A DNA stretch of 64,000 nucleotides from an uncultured virus (IMG/VR IMGVR_UViG_3300044997_001052) (taxonomy: Duplodnaviria > Heunggongvirae > Uroviricota > Caudoviricetes): the IMG/VR virus record IMGVR_UViG_3300044997_001052. One strand, written 5' to 3'. The number at the start of each line of letters is the position of its first letter. The stretch's first letter is position 1. The translations under genes were made by a program, and so were the position numbers. The notes beneath the pieces were generated by a model. The model saw only the letters and a program-made list of their open reading frames with translations. It was not told where the DNA came from and ran no database searches. This document shows, one piece after another, positions 8,571 through 19,073 of this stretch.

Positions 8571-8980
8571 ATAATAGAATATCTTTTATTGAAGCCGCGT
8601 CACAAACCGCTAAAATATGGTCAACAAGATCAGAGGATATGCATAAAAAAGTTGGTGCATGCATTTTAAATAAAGAAGGAAGAGTTTTATCCGTGGGGTA
8701 TAATGGATTAACTCCAAAATTAAATGTTGATGTAAACTTTTGGCAAAATAGAGACCACAGAAGAGATTACGTTATTCACGCAGAATCAAACGCCCTGTCT
8801 CTCATAAAAAAACAAGATGACCCATATTTAATTGCTACAACTTTATTGCCTTGCTCTCATTGTGCTACAAATATAGCTTGCTATGGGATTAAAACTGTGG
8901 TATATAATCAAGAATATGAAAAAGACCAAAAAGCAAAAGATATATTTAAATTCTATAATATAGAATTAATTAAAATATGA
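8567..8980 (+). CDS. dCMP deaminase
   Basis: KVGAC, GYNG, HAESNA, PCSHC zinc motifs. Confidence 0.9.
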   Translation: MNNRISFIEAASQTAKIWSTRSEDMHKKVGACILNKEGRVLSVGYNGLTPKLNVDVNFWQNRDHRRDYVIHAESNALSLIKKQDDPYLIATTLLPCSHCATNIACYGIKTVVYNQEYEKDQKAKDIFKFYNIELIKI

Positions 8981-9450
8981 AATATTTATTATTAATAACT
9001 TTTATATCTTGTAATTGTTTTGCTCAGAGCGGTAAAGTATACGACACCTACAAAACTAGATCTTTATCTGATGATGAATCTCATGGAACAATTTTCCCAA
9101 AACCATTTCAAGAATATAATTATGTCAAAACTCACAGAGGGATAGAAGTTTACGAAACTTATAAAACCAGATCTTTTAATACAAATGAATCTAGCGGCAC
9201 AATATTCTCTAAACCATTTCCTAAATATATCATAATTAATGATAAAGTTTATGAAACTTATAAAACAAAAAATTTATCTACTAACGAATCTAGTAGTACG
9301 ATTTTTACTAAGCCGTTTGAATCAAAACAGATATTTAATAAAACTAACACGGCAAGAACTTCTTTAAACACAAAAATAACATATGAAATTAAATATAAAC
9401 AAGCTCTTCCTAGCTATAATGGAGAAGGAGATATAAGTTATGGGAAATAA
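8977..9450 (+). CDS. exported protein with three internal repeats
   Basis: signal peptide; VY(D/E)TYKT....ES..TIF.KPF three times. Confidence 0.75.
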   Translation: MKYLLLITFISCNCFAQSGKVYDTYKTRSLSDDESHGTIFPKPFQEYNYVKTHRGIEVYETYKTRSFNTNESSGTIFSKPFPKYIIINDKVYETYKTKNLSTNESSSTIFTKPFESKQIFNKTNTARTSLNTKITYEIKYKQALPSYNGEGDISYGK

Positions 9451-10042
9451 TGTCATAGGATTGACTGGTGTAGCAAGATCTGGTAAAGATACTTTTTATT
9501 CTATATTAAAAAAATATTTAAAAGAAAAGAATATAGAATCTCAAAGAATAGCTTTAGCTGACGAATTGAAAAATGAGCTTGGCGATTTTGTAGAAAAAAA
9601 ATTCAAAATAAATTTAAACAAATGTGACGGGGCAGATAAAGAGCTGGTAAGGCCCCTGATGGTATCCTATGGAAAATGCCGAAGAATTCAAACAGAAGGG
9701 AAATACTGGACTTCTCTTGTTGATTCTAAACTCAAAGAATTAAAAAAAGAAAATATTATCCCTATTGTCACAGATATTAGGTATATCGAATACAAAGACG
9801 ATGAATATTCTTGGCTTAAAAGTCATAATGGTATTCTAATTCATATATCTAGAAGACTAGATGATGGTGCACTTGTGCAACCGGCTAATATAGAAGAAAA
9901 ATCTAATGATAATAAATTAAAAGCTGTCGCTGACTATTCAGTAAGTTGGGAAACTTGTCAAGATGTAAACTTTCTTTATGAATTGATGCAAAAGCATTTA
10001 AGAAACATATATGAAAAATATATAGAAAATAAAAAAATATGA
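9440..10042 (+). CDS. deoxynucleoside monophosphate kinase-like protein
   Basis: GLTGVARSGKDT P-loop, ALADELK, VTDIRY. Confidence 0.8.
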   Translation: MGNNVIGLTGVARSGKDTFYSILKKYLKEKNIESQRIALADELKNELGDFVEKKFKINLNKCDGADKELVRPLMVSYGKCRRIQTEGKYWTSLVDSKLKELKKENIIPIVTDIRYIEYKDDEYSWLKSHNGILIHISRRLDDGALVQPANIEEKSNDNKLKAVADYSVSWETCQDVNFLYELMQKHLRNIYEKYIENKKI

Positions 10043-10638
10043 ATATAAATATAGATTTGAATGACGATATACTAGTAAAAAATGTTCAAGAATACAACGA
10101 TGAAGAGTCGTTGAAAACTCTTATAAATCGGCATTCCGCGCTATGCAATAGTCTTTATAAGAAATATTCCCAATCAATGATTGCTTCTGGGGTGCATCTT
10201 CAGGATGTTGTCGATCAAAAAGATTATATGGTTTATAAGTCTGCGATGACTTTTGATCCATGTAAAAAGTCTAAATTTTCAACGTGGTTATACAATCAAA
10301 TAAGATATCAATGTCTGAATTGTATGAATGAAAATAGCCATTATTTAACTCTTGAAACCGATAAATTAAATTATCTTATAGAAAAAAACGCCCCAAACCA
10401 TAAAGAATATAAAAATATTAACGACTACATATTGAATATAATTGAAATATGTTCTGATAAAAGAGCCAAAAAAATATTTAAAATGAGGTATTCAAATTAC
10501 TCTGGCGAAAAAAAATCTTGGTCTAAAATAGCAAAAAAACTTAAAATTAGCACTCAAACGGCAATTAATATACATAATAAAACATTAAAATTACTTAAAT
10601 TTAAAATAAAAAGCAAAAATTGTTTTGACAAAATATAA
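10039..10638 (+). CDS. phage RNA polymerase sigma factor (sigma70 family, regions 2 and 4)
   Basis: FDP.K.SKFSTWLY..IR region 2; C-terminal HTH (SWSKIAKKLKISTQTA..IH...L..LK). Confidence 0.8.
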   Translation: MNINIDLNDDILVKNVQEYNDEESLKTLINRHSALCNSLYKKYSQSMIASGVHLQDVVDQKDYMVYKSAMTFDPCKKSKFSTWLYNQIRYQCLNCMNENSHYLTLETDKLNYLIEKNAPNHKEYKNINDYILNIIEICSDKRAKKIFKMRYSNYSGEKKSWSKIAKKLKISTQTAINIHNKTLKLLKFKIKSKNCFDKI

Positions 10639-10653
10639 TTTAGATAGTACAAT
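10625..10653 (+). promoter_or_regulatory. sigma70-like promoter
   Basis: TTGACA-N17-TACAAT. Confidence 0.75.
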
Positions 10654-10662
10654 ATTAAAATT

Positions 10663-10995
10663 ATGAATAAAACAATCAATAATCAACAAACAAATAATAG
10701 AAAAGATGAGCTTGGCGCTCTTTGGAAAAAGAAAAGTAAAAGCGGCATGTCATTTTTATCTGGATATGTAAAAGTAGATGACCTTGGATTAGAGAAGGAA
10801 ATCAAGGTCGTTATTTTCGCAAATAGCAAGAAAACTAATGAAAAAGCTCCAGATTATAGAATCTATGTTTCTAAACCTCTAGACGCTGATTCTCAAGCTA
10901 AATCTGAAGTTAAAAGCTCTGCTAAAACAGATAGCCCAAAGCAAACTGCTAAATCCGCAGTAAAAACAGAAATTAATGATGAAGATATTCTATGA
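10663..10995 (+). CDS. DUF736-like protein, possible ssDNA-binding protein
   Basis: GALWKK..K.G..FLSG, KAPDYRI, acidic tail DEDIL. Confidence 0.65.
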   Translation: MNKTINNQQTNNRKDELGALWKKKSKSGMSFLSGYVKVDDLGLEKEIKVVIFANSKKTNEKAPDYRIYVSKPLDADSQAKSEVKSSAKTDSPKQTAKSAVKTEINDEDIL

Positions 10996-12077
10996 GTCTA
11001 GGTTTTAATTTGCCCATAAACACCGTAAGTTTTGGACAAATTTCAACTCTAATTTGTAGAGAATTATTCACTGATAAAAAAGACATAAATCTAGTTCCAA
11101 TTGGTAATCTAGATTTATCGACTCAGACAAATATAACTCAGGAGTTTGCTGATTGGTTCCAAAAATCAATCAATCTCTCGCTAGAAAAACACTCGAAAAA
11201 AGATAAGATATTTAAATTATGGCATCTAAATGGCTCATTTGAAAGCTATTCGAATGATCAAATTCTTTTAAGTTTTTATGAATTAGATCAACCAACAAAA
11301 ATAGAATTAAATACCGTAAAAAATAATTATAAAGTTTTATTTTCTTCAAGAGAAACTGTAGATATCTATAAAAACTTGGGATGCAAAAACGTAAAATATA
11401 TACCTTTAGCTTTTGATAAGTATAACTTTAGTAAAACTGATAAAACTTATTTCACAGATGATAGGATAGTATTTAATCTTGTTGGCAAATTAGAAAAAAG
11501 AAAGCATCATTTAAAATTAATTCAATTATGGGCTAATAAATTTGGCAATAATAAAAAATATGCTCTTCAATGCTCTATCTTTAATCCATTCATGAAACCA
11601 GAAGATCAAAATAATGTTATATCTCAAGCTCTTCAAAAAAAATCTTTTTTTAATATTAATTTTCTTCCTTTTATGGCGCAAAATCAAATATATAATGATT
11701 TTTTAAATAGTGCAAATATTGTTATAGGTATGAGTGGCGGAGAAGGCTGGGGGCTTCCAGAGTTTCATTCTGTCGCCATGGGAAAACACGCTGTAATAAT
11801 GAACGCTCATGGGTATAAGTCTTGGGCGAATAATGAAAACAGCGTTCTTGTTGATCCTAATTCTAAAATTGAAGCATATGATGGAATATTTTTTCATAAA
11901 AACCAGCCTTACAATCAGGGTAATATATATGATTTTAATGGTGATGATTTTATATCTGCTTGTGAATTAGCAATACAAAGAGTGGAAAAAAATAAGATTA
12001 ATAATAATGGACTAAAACTTCAGCAAGAATTTTCGTCTGAAAACTTATATAATAATATACTATCTTATTTAAGTTAA
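10992..12077 (+). CDS. GT4-family (GT-B) glycosyltransferase
   Basis: GKLEKRK, SGGEGWGLPEF...AMGK. Confidence 0.8.
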   Translation: MSLGFNLPINTVSFGQISTLICRELFTDKKDINLVPIGNLDLSTQTNITQEFADWFQKSINLSLEKHSKKDKIFKLWHLNGSFESYSNDQILLSFYELDQPTKIELNTVKNNYKVLFSSRETVDIYKNLGCKNVKYIPLAFDKYNFSKTDKTYFTDDRIVFNLVGKLEKRKHHLKLIQLWANKFGNNKKYALQCSIFNPFMKPEDQNNVISQALQKKSFFNINFLPFMAQNQIYNDFLNSANIVIGMSGGEGWGLPEFHSVAMGKHAVIMNAHGYKSWANNENSVLVDPNSKIEAYDGIFFHKNQPYNQGNIYDFNGDDFISACELAIQRVEKNKINNNGLKLQQEFSSENLYNNILSYLS

Positions 12078-12427
12078 TGCCATTATATACATATATCCAT
12101 CCAAAAACAGAAGAGACGATAGATATAATTCAATCTATTCACGATCACCATATATATATTGACCAGAATGGCGTTGAGTGGAAAAGAGTTTTTTCTGTTC
12201 CAGAAATAAACACTCAAGGAACATTGAAGGCAGATTGTTCTTCTAGAGAATTTTCAGAATTTACAAAGAATAAAAAAGGGAGCATGGGTGATCTTTGGGA
12301 TAGAAGTAAGGAACTTTCTGAGAAAAGAAAAAAGATTTATGGTAAAGACGCTGTTAAAGAAAAGTATTTTAAAGATTGGTCAAAAAAACGCAAAGGGAAG
12401 GTACACCCAAAAAGTTACACTGACTAA
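12077..12427 (+). CDS. FmdB-like small protein lacking the Cys pairs
   Basis: MPLYTY start, W.RVFS.P. Confidence 0.6.
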   Translation: MPLYTYIHPKTEETIDIIQSIHDHHIYIDQNGVEWKRVFSVPEINTQGTLKADCSSREFSEFTKNKKGSMGDLWDRSKELSEKRKKIYGKDAVKEKYFKDWSKKRKGKVHPKSYTD

Positions 12428-12497
12428 ATTGTTTATAACCTCTTAATTTTTTCTTTCTAAATTTTAAAAATCAATGTAATATTATACTCATAGTGTT

Positions 12498-14753
12498 ATG
12501 AGTATAAGAGTAAAAAAAAGAAATGGTTCCACTGAAAATTTTAACATAGAAAAAATTCATAGAGTAATAAATTGGGCAATAAAAGATTTATCTAATGTAA
12601 GTTTAACTGATATAGAAATTAATGCAAAAATTAATATCAATGACGGAGTAACTACAAAAGAGATTCATAAACTATTAATTGAATCTGCTGCAAATTTAAT
12701 TTCAATAGAAAAACCAAATTACCAATTTGTAGCTGGAAGACTTCTTAACTATCAATTAAGAAAAGACGTCTGGAAAGGCAAGCATGCGCCTCGCTTATTA
12801 GAATTTATCAACCAAGGTTTAAAATCTAAAATATATGACCCGATTATATTGGAGAAATACGATGAAGACGAATTAAATAAAATGGGAGAATTTATTGATC
12901 ATGATAGAGATTATAATTTTACATACGCTGGAATTAAACAATTATGTGATAAGTATTTGATTAAAGATAGAGTGTCTAGTAAAATTTATGAAACTCCACA
13001 ATTTGCTTACGTATTAATTGCTGCTTATGCTTTTATAAATTATCCAAAAGAAACAAGACTAAATTATGTTCGTAAATTCTACGATGCTATCAGTAAACAT
13101 AAAATTAATCTACCAACGCCTGTAATGGCTGGCGTAAGAACTCCAAGTAAAAACTATGCTAGTTGTTGCTTAATTGGAGTAGATGATTCTCGTAGTAGTA
13201 TTACTGCTAGCGCAACCGCTGTTAGTATGGCAACAGCAAGTAGATGTGGAATTGGTATAGATGTTTCTAAAATTAGAGCTATTGGCTCACCAATTAAAAA
13301 TGGCGAAGTTGTTCATACTGGTTTAATTCCATTTCTTAAAATTTATGAAAGTAGCGTGAAGGCATGGCAACAGAATGGTCTACGTGGTGGTAGTGCTACT
13401 TGTAATATTCAATGGTGGCATTACGAGATTGAAGATATTGTAGTATTAAAAAACAACGCTGGAACAGACGATAATAGAGTTCGTAAACTCGATTATACAG
13501 TTGGCATGAGTAAACTTTTTTACGATAGAGTTTTAAAGGATGAAGAGATTACTCTTTTTAATACAGCCGAAGTTCCAGAGTTATATGAAGCTTGGGGTAC
13601 AAAAAACTTTGATAAAGTGTATAAAGAATGCGAAAGCAAGAAATTAAAAATTAAAAAGAAGGTATCCGCTCGTAAGTTATTCTCATTAATAATTAAGGAA
13701 AGAGTAGAGACTGGCAGAATTTATATCTTAAATGTTGATCACGCGAATGATCATGGAGCATGGTTAGATAAAGTCACAATGAGTAATCTTTGTACAGAGG
13801 TCATTCATCCAACTATACCATTGAATGACTATCATGATAAAGAAGGCGAGATTGGCATGTGTATTCTTTCGGCAGTCAATATGCTAGAAATTAAGAATTG
13901 GCAGGACCTTGAAAAAACTTGTGATCTTATCGTAAGATTTCTTGATGAAATCATTGAAATTCAAGATTACTTTAATATTGCTGCTGAGAATTTTGCTAAG
14001 AAACGCCGTAGTCTTGGAATTGGTATTACTAATCTAGCAGCTTATTTTGCTAAAAATGAATTAAAATATACTTCAGATAAAACACTTCCAATATTAGATG
14101 AATGGATGGAACATTTCCAGTATTATCTTTTAAAGTCCAGTCTTGAATTAGCCAAAGAAAAAGGTAAATGCGAAAAGTTTGATAGAACAAAATACTCTAA
14201 AGGTATTTTGCCTATTGATACTTATAAAGACAAGATCGAAGAAATCTGTAAGCGCAAGCTAACTTTTGATTGGGAAAAATTAAGAAAAGATATTAAAGAA
14301 TTTGGTTTAAGGCATTCTACTTTATCTTCTTGTATGCCTTGCGAGAGTAGTTCAGTTATACAATCCTCTACTAATGGAGTAGAACCAATCCGTAGTCTTA
14401 TTACTTATAAAATGAGTAAGATGGGTAAATTGCCAGTACTAGTTCCTGGAATTGGCAAATACGATAAGAATTATGAATTAGCTTATGAATTAAAAGATAA
14501 TTCTGGATTACTTAAAGTAAATGCTATTATTCAAAAATATATTGATATGGCTATTTCTACAAATGTATACTATAATTATTCTCATTATGAAAACAATGTT
14601 CTTCCAGATGCAAAAGTAATGAAAGAGATTATGTTTGCGTATAGCCTCGGATTAATTAGCCTTTATTATTTAAACAGTAATGATGGAGATAAAGAGCAAT
14701 TATTAGACCAAAAGGAAAATGGTGATTGTTCCTCTGGAGCGTGTAAATTATAA
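12498..14753 (+). CDS. nrdA: ribonucleotide reductase class Ia alpha subunit
   Basis: ATP cone (VKKRNG), PTPVMAG, SCC, SNLCTE, C-terminal CSSGAC. Confidence 0.97.
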   Translation: MSIRVKKRNGSTENFNIEKIHRVINWAIKDLSNVSLTDIEINAKININDGVTTKEIHKLLIESAANLISIEKPNYQFVAGRLLNYQLRKDVWKGKHAPRLLEFINQGLKSKIYDPIILEKYDEDELNKMGEFIDHDRDYNFTYAGIKQLCDKYLIKDRVSSKIYETPQFAYVLIAAYAFINYPKETRLNYVRKFYDAISKHKINLPTPVMAGVRTPSKNYASCCLIGVDDSRSSITASATAVSMATASRCGIGIDVSKIRAIGSPIKNGEVVHTGLIPFLKIYESSVKAWQQNGLRGGSATCNIQWWHYEIEDIVVLKNNAGTDDNRVRKLDYTVGMSKLFYDRVLKDEEITLFNTAEVPELYEAWGTKNFDKVYKECESKKLKIKKKVSARKLFSLIIKERVETGRIYILNVDHANDHGAWLDKVTMSNLCTEVIHPTIPLNDYHDKEGEIGMCILSAVNMLEIKNWQDLEKTCDLIVRFLDEIIEIQDYFNIAAENFAKKRRSLGIGITNLAAYFAKNELKYTSDKTLPILDEWMEHFQYYLLKSSLELAKEKGKCEKFDRTKYSKGILPIDTYKDKIEEICKRKLTFDWEKLRKDIKEFGLRHSTLSSCMPCESSSVIQSSTNGVEPIRSLITYKMSKMGKLPVLVPGIGKYDKNYELAYELKDNSGLLKVNAIIQKYIDMAISTNVYYNYSHYENNVLPDAKVMKEIMFAYSLGLISLYYLNSNDGDKEQLLDQKENGDCSSGACKL
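14741..14746 (+). promoter_or_regulatory. GTGTAA motif
   Basis: inside nrdA 3' end, 10 nt before nrdB GTG. Confidence 0.4.
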
Positions 14754-14756
14754 AAC

Positions 14757-15821
14757 GTGAAAAGTGTTTTAAATTTAAGAAATGTAGACCATACAAAGCA
14801 ACCGTTATTTTTCGGTGAAGATTTAAATCTTCAAAGATATGATCGTTTTAAATATCCCATATTCTTTGAGTTATTTAAAAAACAAGAAGAATTTTTTTGG
14901 TGGCCTCATGAAATAGCTCTTAATAAGGACAGAAGCGATTACAAAGAATTAGCTGGTCAAGAAAGGTTTGTGTTTGATGCTAATTTAAAATTTCAAACTC
15001 TTGGTGACAGTATGCTTTCTAGGAGTATTCATTCGCTTAAGGATTATGTAAGTAATCCGGAATTAGAAATCTGTATGAACACTTGGCAAAGATTTGAAGG
15101 TATTCATAGTTATTCTTATTCTTATCTGCTTAATAATGTCCATCCAGATGCCAGTAAATTCTTTGATAGTATTATGGAGGATAAAGAAATTGTATCTCGT
15201 GCCGAATTAATTAGAAATAATTTTGATAAAATTCTTGGAGATGATGATAAAAAAGATTTAAAACAAAAGATTTTTGATTGCATCCTTTCCGTTAATGTAA
15301 TGGAAGGTCTTGTATTTTATGCTAGTTTTGCTTGTTCATTCTATTTTGGATATCGTGGTAAAATGGAGGGTAACGCCAAGATCATCAAGTTCATTCAAAG
15401 AGACGAAGCTCTTCATTTTGCTACTACTCAAAATCTAATAAAAATTTTAAGAGAAGAAGATAAAGAAGGTTTTACTTCTATAGTTAGAAAGAGCGAAGAT
15501 AAAGTTTACGCATTTTATGAACAAGCCGCAAAAAATGAAATAGAGTGGGCTGAGTATCTATTTAGTAAAGGTTCATTACTTGGATTGAATGCAGAAGTGC
15601 TCAGTGGTTATTCCAAATGGCTTTGCGATGCTCGCTTACGATCACTAGGATATAAGAAAATTTTTAATCAAAAAGATAATCCGATTTCAGGGTGGCTAGA
15701 TAGCTATCTTGATAGCAGTAAAGTTCAAGTAGCTCCACAGGAAACAGAGATTTCTGCCTACAAGATAGGGGCAAGGAAAACAGATATATCTGATGATGAT
15801 TTTGAAGATATGAAATTATAG
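14757..15821 (+). CDS. nrdB: ribonucleotide reductase class Ia beta subunit
   Basis: FFWWPHE, EGIHSYSY, EGLVFYASF, RDEALH, VAPQETE. Confidence 0.97.
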   Translation: MKSVLNLRNVDHTKQPLFFGEDLNLQRYDRFKYPIFFELFKKQEEFFWWPHEIALNKDRSDYKELAGQERFVFDANLKFQTLGDSMLSRSIHSLKDYVSNPELEICMNTWQRFEGIHSYSYSYLLNNVHPDASKFFDSIMEDKEIVSRAELIRNNFDKILGDDDKKDLKQKIFDCILSVNVMEGLVFYASFACSFYFGYRGKMEGNAKIIKFIQRDEALHFATTQNLIKILREEDKEGFTSIVRKSEDKVYAFYEQAAKNEIEWAEYLFSKGSLLGLNAEVLSGYSKWLCDARLRSLGYKKIFNQKDNPISGWLDSYLDSSKVQVAPQETEISAYKIGARKTDISDDDFEDMKL

Positions 15822-15826
15822 TGTAA
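15821..15826 (+). promoter_or_regulatory. GTGTAA motif
   Basis: 8 nt before ATG at 15835. Confidence 0.6.
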
Positions 15827-15834
15827 TATCATAC

Positions 15835-17208
15835 ATGAGCACTTGCGATACCATATTCCCAGTTTTTCTATATCATGAAAAAGATGATGCACCATTAAAT
15901 TATCTATTTTCAGGTTGTGAAGGAGAAGTAGGGGATGCATTTCAAAGATATGATTATACTTATGACTATAGGGCTGGGAGACAAAGCTTTATAGATCTTT
16001 CGCAAAGCTCATATCTTTCGCGTCGTAAAGCTAAAGCCTCGATTACTCTTAATTATGTGGATAATTATGGAAATATTATCACAACTTTAATTTATACATC
16101 GAGTGAAAATAGTAAAGGAAACGAGTCATTATTTAAACTTTTTTGTTGCAACGATGCAGAGTCATGCGAATACGGACAAAAGGTCTCGGCTCTCACACAA
16201 AATGCAGAATATACGGTTATTCGCTCGAATTGGGATCCATGCTATACTTTTCCTAACGGTAATAGAGGAACATGGTCAAATCACTTTGCGCTTTCTACAT
16301 ATAATCAAAATTATACTTGGAACGATCCATGTGGAGGTGATAGCATAGACGATAATCGATCGTGTACAAGAGATTTTTCTGAATATCCAGATCGGCAAAC
16401 GCCAGAAGGGTGTGGTCTAATTGGGGGGGTTGGAACTCCATGCAGGTTTGCAGACGAGGACGTGGTGCACGAACCATCATTCCCTGTGCTATCATCTTAT
16501 CATACATTGAAGGAAAATACGGATATTACATCTAAAGTAACTTCGGATTCTTTTTATTCACAATGGATGAAAGAATCAGCAAAAAGAATTATTGACATAA
16601 AAGAAAATAACAATAAGAAAAATTGTTGTCCTGGATATGGATTTCCAAAGCCATGTGATGATGCTGATTGGTACGATTATCCTTATAGTAGACCAACTTA
16701 TGATGCTCCAGAAGGATCAGAATTTACAGAAGAATTCTTGGATGGAAATTGTTGGAAAGGAGCTGGTAATATTGAAATAAAAAATCCTAAAGTAAATGAA
16801 CAGGTAAGAAAAATACAAGCTTTTAAATTTAGCGCTGGAATAGACGTAACAAATTTAAATGACTATGAACTATCACAATTCAATTCAATATCAGGACAAT
16901 TGATCATCTATACTCCGGATCCAAATTATAGCTTGAATGATCCTGAAGCTCCAACTCCTTGCTGCAATTTATGTGGGTGTTTCTCTGGTCAAATAATAGA
17001 GAGTGGGTTCCATGTCAAATTTTCAAAAACAAGTCCGACCAAAAAACAACAACCGTGCGTACAGGGACTTTGCGGCCCAGTCAAAACGATAAAGTACGCA
17101 GATAACGGTAATCTGCTATATAATGATGATTTATATAGTAAATATTATCCAGAATGGGATGAAACCTCTCCATCTTTTATAGTAAAAACTTGCGTCAGGA
17201 TTATTTAA
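15835..17208 (+). CDS. Cys-rich hypothetical protein (paralog of 17601..19073)
   Basis: about 21 Cys in 457 aa by hand count; shares VD.YGN and other motifs with the downstream paralog. Confidence 0.8.
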   Translation: MSTCDTIFPVFLYHEKDDAPLNYLFSGCEGEVGDAFQRYDYTYDYRAGRQSFIDLSQSSYLSRRKAKASITLNYVDNYGNIITTLIYTSSENSKGNESLFKLFCCNDAESCEYGQKVSALTQNAEYTVIRSNWDPCYTFPNGNRGTWSNHFALSTYNQNYTWNDPCGGDSIDDNRSCTRDFSEYPDRQTPEGCGLIGGVGTPCRFADEDVVHEPSFPVLSSYHTLKENTDITSKVTSDSFYSQWMKESAKRIIDIKENNNKKNCCPGYGFPKPCDDADWYDYPYSRPTYDAPEGSEFTEEFLDGNCWKGAGNIEIKNPKVNEQVRKIQAFKFSAGIDVTNLNDYELSQFNSISGQLIIYTPDPNYSLNDPEAPTPCCNLCGCFSGQIIESGFHVKFSKTSPTKKQQPCVQGLCGPVKTIKYADNGNLLYNDDLYSKYYPEWDETSPSFIVKTCVRII

Positions 17209-17245
17209 TATTTTTAGTTTATCAATATCAATATTATAGAAATTT

Positions 17246-17251
17246 GTGTAA
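17246..17251 (+). promoter_or_regulatory. GTGTAA motif
   Basis: 8 nt before GTG at 17260. Confidence 0.6.
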
Positions 17252-17259
17252 TATATATC

Positions 17260-17604
17260 GTGAATTTCGACATGGGCACATTATTCAATATAGTTCTTGG
17301 GGCTCTCACATTTTTGGGAGGATGGTTATTTACCAGAGTATTTTCACTTCTTGATAACCAAGACGAATTATTAAATAAACTAAATGAAAAAATATTTTCT
17401 GATTTTATAACTTTGAGAAAAGAAGCAGAGTCAGAAAGTCGCAAACATCAACAAGAAATAGCTGATTTGGCTCTTAAAGTAAGCACAACTTATGTGACAA
17501 AAGAATCATTTGAAACTTATTTTGATAGAATAGAAGCAAAATTAGATAGAAATTTTGAAATAATACAAAATTTTATATTAGAAAATAAAAAAAATAAAGA
17601 ATGA
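17260..17604 (+). CDS. N-terminal TM + coiled-coil protein (holin-like architecture)
   Basis: LFNIVLGALTFLGGWLF helix, then coiled coil ending YVTKE.F...RIEAKLD. Confidence 0.65.
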   Translation: MNFDMGTLFNIVLGALTFLGGWLFTRVFSLLDNQDELLNKLNEKIFSDFITLRKEAESESRKHQQEIADLALKVSTTYVTKESFETYFDRIEAKLDRNFEIIQNFILENKKNKE

Positions 17605-19073
17605 AATTAACGCTTGACTTTTACCGAAATGCTAATTGCCTGAATTTAGATTTTGACTTTTTTAGGGCATTTTATATAAACGTAGGCGCGGGACGAGGAG
17701 TACTAGATCATTGTCCAACTAATCCAGAAGAGCCATCTAATGGTGATCCTGGCATTTATAAGTTATATATGGGTAGGGGGACAAGTTCATATAATGAGTC
17801 CCAATCTACTGCGGGTTGCTGCAACAATCAGTATATGAAATATGGAGCTCGTAAATTTAATTCCTTATGTTCTCGTTTCACTACATTGAGCACGGTAGAT
17901 AGAGTAGATGATTACGGAAATTACCAAACAAAACTAACATTAACAGAGTCTCATTCGAGCTCATCTACTAGCACACCCTTTCCAGGCTGTGTTGTGAGTT
18001 CCCCCCCTTGCGATACATATTTGACTTATGACATCAAAATTGAAATGGATTCGGAATTTCCAGAACAAAATGTTAATGAAGTTACATGCAATATAAGTCC
18101 GCCCTGCAATCCTCGTCCCGGTGCGCCGCCTCCTCCTCCGCCTGACTGTAGAGCGTTTACTTGGGGAGGACCGCCGGGAGGATGCACCAATACTGTTAAA
18201 GATAGGGTTTGCGACACTATAATATATGGAGACAGTCATAATTCGTCAAATAGTCGTAAGTATGTAGAAAAATGTCCAAGGGTAGGATGTTGCTACGGCA
18301 CAGATGTTGAATATGAAGAAACAGAATCATATGCACAAAATTCTAACGGACAAGAAAATTGGCTAAATAAAAGTTCTCTTGATCAAGAACTAGTTTTTGC
18401 ATTTGATAGTGTACGTAAAAAATTAGAAATATACAAAAATAATCTTCCTCAAAATAAACAAAAAGCAAAATGCGGAAATGGATTACCCGCAGATTGTTGG
18501 TCTCCAGCCTTTTCCGTTATCCCTTTCCCACCGTTCCGGATGATCGAAAAAGCCCAATTTCGATTGGAATACAAGTATAATAGGGTTTATAGACCTTTGG
18601 CTGGATATGCCAACACATTATCTGTAATACCAGTTGTATCAACTAGTATTGCGGAAAATGCTGAGTGGAAAAAATTTAAAAATATAAATGGAACGTTTTT
18701 TATTTATAAGATATCGCCGTCGGGAAAAACCCCTTGTGATTGCGGAGAAAATCCTGTAGAAGAATTCCTAGCTGATAGCGGGAAGATCTTAAACTCAACA
18801 GATTTTTCCTTTGATCCCGGGAGTTTGGAAATTGCGGAGGACGACGGAGCGGCTCTGGCGGGAGATTTCTTCGACAAGGGATGGAAAGTTCTTGGAGAAC
18901 CATTGGACGTAAAAAATGATAGTTATTTAGGCACAAATTGCGATGATCCACAAGATTTATTTTGCAACCCGTACCCACCCCCGACCATACCGCCTTTCTT
19001 GGGGACTTCTGTTATTCCAAAAGATTTTACCTGGTGCCATAGAATTAAAGATGTGACGCTAGAAGTAAAGTAA
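17601..19073 (+). CDS. Cys/Pro-rich hypothetical protein
   Basis: about 22 Cys in 490 aa, PPPPPP tract, visibly more GC-rich than flanks. Confidence 0.8.
   Translation: MKLTLDFYRNANCLNLDFDFFRAFYINVGAGRGVLDHCPTNPEEPSNGDPGIYKLYMGRGTSSYNESQSTAGCCNNQYMKYGARKFNSLCSRFTTLSTVDRVDDYGNYQTKLTLTESHSSSSTSTPFPGCVVSSPPCDTYLTYDIKIEMDSEFPEQNVNEVTCNISPPCNPRPGAPPPPPPDCRAFTWGGPPGGCTNTVKDRVCDTIIYGDSHNSSNSRKYVEKCPRVGCCYGTDVEYEETESYAQNSNGQENWLNKSSLDQELVFAFDSVRKKLEIYKNNLPQNKQKAKCGNGLPADCWSPAFSVIPFPPFRMIEKAQFRLEYKYNRVYRPLAGYANTLSVIPVVSTSIAENAEWKKFKNINGTFFIYKISPSGKTPCDCGENPVEEFLADSGKILNSTDFSFDPGSLEIAEDDGAALAGDFFDKGWKVLGEPLDVKNDSYLGTNCDDPQDLFCNPYPPPTIPPFLGTSVIPKDFTWCHRIKDVTLEVK

Noticed and set aside
12498..15821. Introns or inteins in nrdA/nrdB (also checked dnaB, recA, dnaE)
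   Set aside because: Lengths and motif spacing are normal, with no insertion
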